From an uncultured Candidatus Saccharibacteria bacterium (GTDB taxonomy: Bacteria > Patescibacteriota > Saccharimonadia > Saccharimonadales > Saccharimonadaceae): DNA of 64,000 nucleotides. The position numbers were made by a program, and so were the translations under genes. This document shows positions 60,201 through 64,000 of this stretch, piece after piece. Under the pieces are notes generated by a model. It worked only from the letters and a program-made list of their open reading frames with translations, did no database searches and was not told where the DNA came from. Every line of letters begins with the position of its first letter. Position 1 is the first letter of the stretch. The DNA is taken from assembly GCA_947425085.1 (NCBI GenBank), contig CANDYV010000001.1, positions 11,253 to 75,252 of the forward strand. The letters are read 5' to 3'.

Positions 60201-60540
60201 CGTCCATCCAGACGTACACGGTCACCGTTTCAGCAGCGGCGCCTTCTTCGTCCACTTCGAGCGTTTCCGGCTCTTCCGACTCCGCCTCATCAGCATCTTC
60301 CGGCTTAGTTTCCTCAACCGCGCCAGTTTCCGCCGCCTCAGTTTCGTCGAAATCGCCAGCATCGCCCTCCAGAGCTTCGCTCGTATCCGTCAGTTCAGGA
60401 TTCTCCGCCGCTTCGACCTCAGCCGTCACAGCAGGCTCTTCAGGCAATTCCGTCTCCGCCGCCATCGCCACGCCGCTCATCGAGAACAGCATCACGATCG
60501 CCAGCAGCCACGAAACCGCCCGCTTGGTCCATTTGCGCAT
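57253..60540 (-). CDS. Large secreted protein: CHAP-like Cys/His/Glu domain, BspA-type leucine-rich repeats, Pro/Gly/Thr linker and C-terminal SLH repeats
   Basis: Signal peptide; GCAAL...THSV...VEGN; repeats of VxSIGxxAF; FTDVPAGNWA, TRGML, ITREQL, FTDAGQVSGYA and ATRAQVA (SLH). SD aggagg. Confidence 0.88.
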   Translation of the reverse strand: MRKWTKRAVSWLLAIVMLFSMSGVAMAAETELPEEPAVTAEVEAAENPELTDTSEALEGDAGDFDETEAAETGAVEETKPEDADEAESEEPETLEVDEEGAAAETVTVYVWMDGYAEPVPVEMPVDEAPPEALGIDTTSTKRRAPARVSLPSYEEAYAAMMALMSEYPEGMTWTNYEPYGDNGKLGKYYRFQGGTIHGAYAVGVGCAALCFKFHDLTYPGLPIYVYDRGGFDWEDIHVGDFLRVDSGTHSVTVLKKTDNAIIVVEGNYNGGVHWGRVISKTDLMREITYMVTSYPKGYTDPSDNVEVKVDHSGTEGSLSWELNSKGVLTITGSGAMLDYDLNDARPGWYDYRDQIYSVEIGEGVTSIGDNAFRGLEIAYTNLNSVTISTTVTRVGAYAFYKTGLVGVSIPGSVKTIGDSAFYWCPNLTTLDLGNGVETIGQKAFYGCTALNYVDIPSSVRSLGGVDGAVFSGCTNLFQVRFMPNDNIQIGPNTFTECQRINLISLPEGMTELPPGMFQSCKLIKYIYMPSTLRYITVAGVTDPFMSSNGVSFINFGGTEAQWKALVAAIPTAQHQSKKWMDAVTEAGQVYYNQTDPFVPLPDTDDVMTCVGKGEHLGEKDAEGNCDVCGEPFDRTPGSTVDPPIDPNPPVDPDPPAKHEHDWATGWTNDENAHWHECQAADCYVTDNAGKDGYVAHDYGAWVVDTAATATVAGSQHRDCVVCGYKQTEAIPATGGNTGNPSNPGGSGGTNKPSNPGGSGNTSRPNPGGGSSTTTPTNKPTTMVTTDPKTGAKIETTTRPDGSKTVVTTQKDGTAVTVETMVNGAVKTEVRLSAKVISESDQRGEAVRLPVEAVHVVRNIPDTMPITVRTGSTEEVQVMIPAVSTTPGTVAMLVGTDASTNVVKTSVVTAEGVIASLPDGATVVLVDNSKVFTDVPAGNWAADAVAFASARGLLVGTSAMIFSPDVAMTRGMLMTVLARFAGADTAGGETWYAKSVEWAVENGISDGSNPNGNITREQLVVMLWRYYGSPTTAGTLTGFTDAGQVSGYAQEAMAWAVENGIVSGFGDGRIGPKGQATRAQVAQILMNLLNNLDLAR

Positions 60541-60714
60541 AAAACCTCCTTATTAACGTGCGTCTAGCCGGCCCGATTACACGACCGCCCAGACTGGGTT
60601 TCGACCCCGCAGGGTCCCTACAAAGTCAAAAATCGCCTCCTGACATTTTGTATTGTAATCTCAACTATTATAACTCATTTCGCCGCCAAAGTCGAGCAAA
60701 ACCACTTTCCTCTA

Positions 60715-60743
60715 TTGACTTTTTAAGCAATCTGTGATACAAT
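60715..60743 (+). promoter_or_regulatory. Sigma70 promoter, homologous to the one at 62564
   Basis: TTGACT-17-TACAAT, TG-extended. Confidence 0.7.
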
Positions 60744-60890
60744 AGAAAGATAGACCCTCTCTTTTTTACCTCGATCTCGCACACAAGCCCAGAGAACTCC
60801 CTTTCCGCCGCCTACAAACCTAGAAATCCCTCTTCTCAAATCCAAGAAAGTATGATAAAATAGTGAAAGTTGTAATATAAAGGTTAAATT

Positions 60891-61376
60891 ATGAGTTTTA
60901 CAGATTTGAAAAAAATCGGCGATGCCCAGAAAAAACCGGCCGTCGTCGACGTTCGCTCGGGCGATACCGTCCGCGTTACCCAGAAAATTAAAGAAGGCGA
61001 GAAGTTCCGCTCACAGGTCTTTGAAGGCGTCGTTATTCGCACCGACCGCAAAGATTCTCACACCGCCCGCATCACCGTCCGCAAGGTCGCTTCTGGCGTC
61101 GGCGTCGAGAAATCCTTCTTGATTCACAACCCGCTCGTCGAGAAAATCGAGATTGTTCACCGCGCGAAAGTTCGCCGCAAGAACCTCTCCTTCCTCCGCG
61201 AACGCTCCGGCAAATCCGCTCGCTTGGCTAACAAAGCCTTCGATCGCGTCGCTGTCAACACTTTAGCCGAAGTCAAGGCCGATGCTGAAAAGGTCGCCGA
61301 AGCTGTCGAAGCCTCCGTCGAAAACGCCGCTGAGAAAGTCGCTGCAGACGTCAAAGCCGAAGAAAACAAAGCATAA
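60891..61376 (+). CDS. rplS: 50S ribosomal protein L19 with Ala/Glu/Lys-rich C-terminal extension
   Basis: GDTVRV, QVFEGVVI, VRKVASGVGVEKSF and KVRR. Confidence 0.96.
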   Translation: MSFTDLKKIGDAQKKPAVVDVRSGDTVRVTQKIKEGEKFRSQVFEGVVIRTDRKDSHTARITVRKVASGVGVEKSFLIHNPLVEKIEIVHRAKVRRKNLSFLRERSGKSARLANKAFDRVAVNTLAEVKADAEKVAEAVEASVENAAEKVAADVKAEENKA

Positions 61377-61391
61377 TCTGTAAACTCATAA

Positions 61392-62498
61392 ATGACCGAG
61401 AAAATCATCCTCGGAATAGATGAAGTTGGACGTGGCCCCTGGGCGGGGCCACTTGTCGTGGGCGCCGTTATTCTCGGCTCAAATTTCAAAGTCCTCCCCG
61501 AATACGAACAGCTCACCGATTCTAAAAAACTTACCGCTAGGAAACGCGAAATCTTAAACGAACTCATCTTAGAACACGCCGCCGCGACCGGCCTCGGTTG
61601 GGTCTCAGCCGAAGAAATCGACCGCTATGGCCTCAGTCCCGCTCTAAAGCTCGCCACTCGTCGTGCCGTCAAACAAGTCCTCTCGCAAAAAATCCGTTTC
61701 AACGAAATCCTCATCGACGGCACCATCAACCTCCTCGCCGACACCCCTCTCGCGAACAAAGTCACCCTCCTCCCGAAAGCCGACTTCCTCATCAAAGAAG
61801 TTAGCGCCGCCTCCATCATCGCCAAAGTCGCCCGCGACCACTACATGGCCGACCTCGCCGAAAAATACCCCGGTTACGGCTTCGAAAAACACGTCGGCTA
61901 CGGCACCGCCGCCCACAAATCCGCCCTCCTCGACCTCGGCCCCTGCCCCGAACACCGCAAATCTTTCCGCCCCATAGCCGACCTCCTCGCCAGGGAATCA
62001 AGCCAAACCACAACAAACAAGAACCAAACCGCAGCAAGCAAGAACCAAACCCCAGCGAACAAAATCCCCGCAAAAATCGCAACCACCACCGCTCGCGGTC
62101 AAAAAGCCGAACAAATCGTCGCCGAATACCTCAAAACCGAACATAGCCACACCATCATCGCCCACAATTTCAAGACCAAGTCCTACGAAATCGACCTCAT
62201 CTCCATCGCCGAGCCGGCTCCGCCCCAAAAATCCGATGTCACACAATCCTCCGCCGCACCTTCCCCAAAAGCCGGCCCCTCGACCATCTACTTCACCGAA
62301 GTCAAATACCGCAAATCCGCCACCCACGGCTCGCCGCTCTCCGCCATCACTCCGAAAAAGCGCCAACAAATCCGCTTCGCCGCCGAAGCCTTCCTCGCCC
62401 AGCATCCCGAGTTTCAACACTACCAACCCATTCTCGCCGCCGCCTCGGTCAGCGGCCCCGGCTTTCATCTCGACGCCTGGCTCCCGCTCGACGAATAA
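61392..62498 (+). CDS. rnhB: Ribonuclease HII fused to a YraN (UPF0102) nuclease domain
   Basis: GIDEVGRGPWAGP, DSKKL, AASIIAKVARD and HVGYGT; C-terminal GQKAE...EIDLI...FTEVKYR. Confidence 0.92.
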   Translation: MTEKIILGIDEVGRGPWAGPLVVGAVILGSNFKVLPEYEQLTDSKKLTARKREILNELILEHAAATGLGWVSAEEIDRYGLSPALKLATRRAVKQVLSQKIRFNEILIDGTINLLADTPLANKVTLLPKADFLIKEVSAASIIAKVARDHYMADLAEKYPGYGFEKHVGYGTAAHKSALLDLGPCPEHRKSFRPIADLLARESSQTTTNKNQTAASKNQTPANKIPAKIATTTARGQKAEQIVAEYLKTEHSHTIIAHNFKTKSYEIDLISIAEPAPPQKSDVTQSSAAPSPKAGPSTIYFTEVKYRKSATHGSPLSAITPKKRQQIRFAAEAFLAQHPEFQHYQPILAAASVSGPGFHLDAWLPLDE

Positions 62499-62563
62499 TC
62501 ATAATCCGCCAAATTGCCATCTTTATATCCAAACACCACTACAATCACCCTAGCCTAATCCGC

Positions 62564-62592
62564 TTGACTTTTTCGGCTACCTGTGATAAAAT
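62564..62592 (+). promoter_or_regulatory. Sigma70 promoter upstream of the orphan gene
   Basis: TTGACT-17-TAAAAT, TG-extended. Confidence 0.7.
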
Positions 62593-62766
62593 AGAAGTAG
62601 AGACCTCTGTCAAAAAACCTAAAATTAGCTAAAATACTAGCGCAGACAGAGGTTCTTGTTGTTTATCACTCTCGATTCATGGCCCAACCGCAAACCCCAG
62701 AAACCGCTGGAACCGCAGCACATCTGCGTCCAAATACATGCGCTTTGCGCGAGAAAGAGGTATCTC

Positions 62767-64000
62767 ATGAACGTCCACGATCCCCGCGACACCCACATTC
62801 CGACCCAGTATCAGACCAACGGCGTCCAGGCCGCACCGGGCAGTACTCAGCCGAGCAGCGCCGAGACCGACGCTCTGAACACCGAGCAGTGCCACCAGCG
62901 CCTCCGCCTCCTGCGGAAACTGGCCGGCAAAACCGCCAATCTCCAGTCGACCGACGAGCTCCGTACTTTCCTCACTCAGAGCAGCGAGATTAGCGACGAC
63001 CTGACCGGCATCCTGACCTGCGTCAGCCCGCAGCCCTGGAAGAATCGCTTCAGTAGCTACTTCTTTTTAGAAAGCGTGGAGAGCTTCCGTGACGAGGACA
63101 GCAACCCGCTGCCCAGCGTCGAAGTCCGCGTCCGAAACGGCCAGATGGAAGTCATCGAGCTGTCGCCGACCGACTCCGGCTGCTGCAGCACCGCCCGCCG
63201 CGATTACGTCGAGTGGGTGCTGATCCGTGAATCCTGCCGGCGCGTCTCCGACGCTCTCAGCAGCGTTTTCACTCCCAGCGAAGTCAGCCAGGCCACGCCC
63301 GCCCGCGTCCAGATGCTCTGCGAGCTGTATCGGATTCTCTCCGACAAGCCTCAGCCCCAGTCTCCGCAGCCGCAATGGTTGCCGGATACCTGCTGCCGCG
63401 CCCGCATCATCCCCGTCGATCCCGCCGGAGTGGTTTCCGCCCCGGAAGGCCGCCGCCACATCACCACTCTGTTGATGCTGGCCGGCAAAAACGGGTTCAA
63501 AGATCCGGACACGCTCCAGGAGTTCCTTTTCAAAAACCGCGACATCGTGAAGCTGGCCACCGAGCTTCTGACCTGCACCGAGCAACAGCCGACCGGTCGC
63601 AGTTTCGACCAGCTCTTCCCGATGGAAAGCATCGAGGCCTACCTCACCCAGGACGGCGACAACCACCCGCTCCCCGGAGCCAAGCCGCGCATCTGCCAGG
63701 GAATAACCCGCATGGTCGAAATCCCCTGGAACGACCCCGACTGCAACTATTCCACCCGCCGCACCTACCTCCAGAGCATTCTGATTCCGGCCGCCCGCAC
63801 GCACGTCATCGAAGCCCTGCAATGTCTGATCTCCCCGGACGACCTCCACCAGGCCACCGACGGCGACATCCAGGAACTCTACGCCCTGGCCGAAGCTCTG
63901 ACTGCCATCAATCCCGACCAGACCAGCCCTCATGCCGGAGGATTTTTCGATTTCCTCCAGCACCTGGACGCCTTCCCCTGCTTCCATAACCCGGACCCCG
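62767..64000 (+). CDS. Orphan protein with a tandemly duplicated domain, 186-aa period (3' truncated by window edge; absent from the ORF track)
   Basis: SD agaggt, ATG 62767, and no stop over 411 codons. Strong C/G third-position bias and an internal repeat. Confidence 0.8.
   Translation, partial: MNVHDPRDTHIPTQYQTNGVQAAPGSTQPSSAETDALNTEQCHQRLRLLRKLAGKTANLQSTDELRTFLTQSSEISDDLTGILTCVSPQPWKNRFSSYFFLESVESFRDEDSNPLPSVEVRVRNGQMEVIELSPTDSGCCSTARRDYVEWVLIRESCRRVSDALSSVFTPSEVSQATPARVQMLCELYRILSDKPQPQSPQPQWLPDTCCRARIIPVDPAGVVSAPEGRRHITTLLMLAGKNGFKDPDTLQEFLFKNRDIVKLATELLTCTEQQPTGRSFDQLFPMESIEAYLTQDGDNHPLPGAKPRICQGITRMVEIPWNDPDCNYSTRRTYLQSILIPAARTHVIEALQCLISPDDLHQATDGDIQELYALAEALTAINPDQTSPHAGGFFDFLQHLDAFPCFHNPDP

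Noticed and set aside
62679-62993. 104-aa ORF and the 204-aa ORF at 63375-63989
   Set aside because: These are alternative frames overlapping the better-supported open frame starting at 62767, which has an SD, codon bias and an internal repeat.
1-64000. Alternative genetic code (UGA=Gly, code 25)
   Set aside because: Conserved genes are intact under code 11, and TGA terminates genes at 7778, 31174, 56546 and 57253.

Overview
Gene-dense chromosomal segment, almost all on the + strand, most likely from a Candidatus Saccharibacteria (TM7/Saccharimonadia, CPR) genome, probably a gut lineage. The assignment is inferred from the divergent RpoC and EF-G, a short ProRS and EF-Ts, an rpsB-tsf-frr-uppS-rseP-proS cluster lacking pyrH/cdsA/dxr, an RNase HII-YraN fusion and FISUMP surface proteins. 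TGA is used as stop, so code 11. The backbone is housekeeping (rpoC, gatCAB, fusA, cysS, proS, lysS, serS, rpsB, tsf, frr, rpmE, rplS, greA, radA, ruvC, ruvA, rmuC, two UvrD-type helicases, uppS, uppP, murJ, ldh), and many genes look leaderless. Firmicutes-like accessory genes include an AraC/VOC/ClbS-DfsB block, a BceRSAB-type module and a large CHAP-like/LRR/SLH protein. The strongest new-looking signal is a cassette present twice (31.9-33.5 kb + and 51.6-53.6 kb -). Each copy has an extended -10 promoter, then a ~220-nt 5' leader with a covarying interleaved A-B-A'-B' pairing pattern, then a FISUMP surface-protein gene with nucleotide-conserved ends, then an inverted-repeat-bounded element with a 45-46 bp near-identical core. 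Other highlights: an EF-G with G4 NKxD changed to NKxN and a rewired G5, an RNA polymerase with an altered trigger loop and lost Zn site, a candidate type I toxin-antitoxin locus missed by the ORF track, and an orphan protein with a tandemly duplicated domain (186-aa period). No rRNA, tRNA, CRISPR-Cas, transposase, integrase or reverse transcriptase was recognised.
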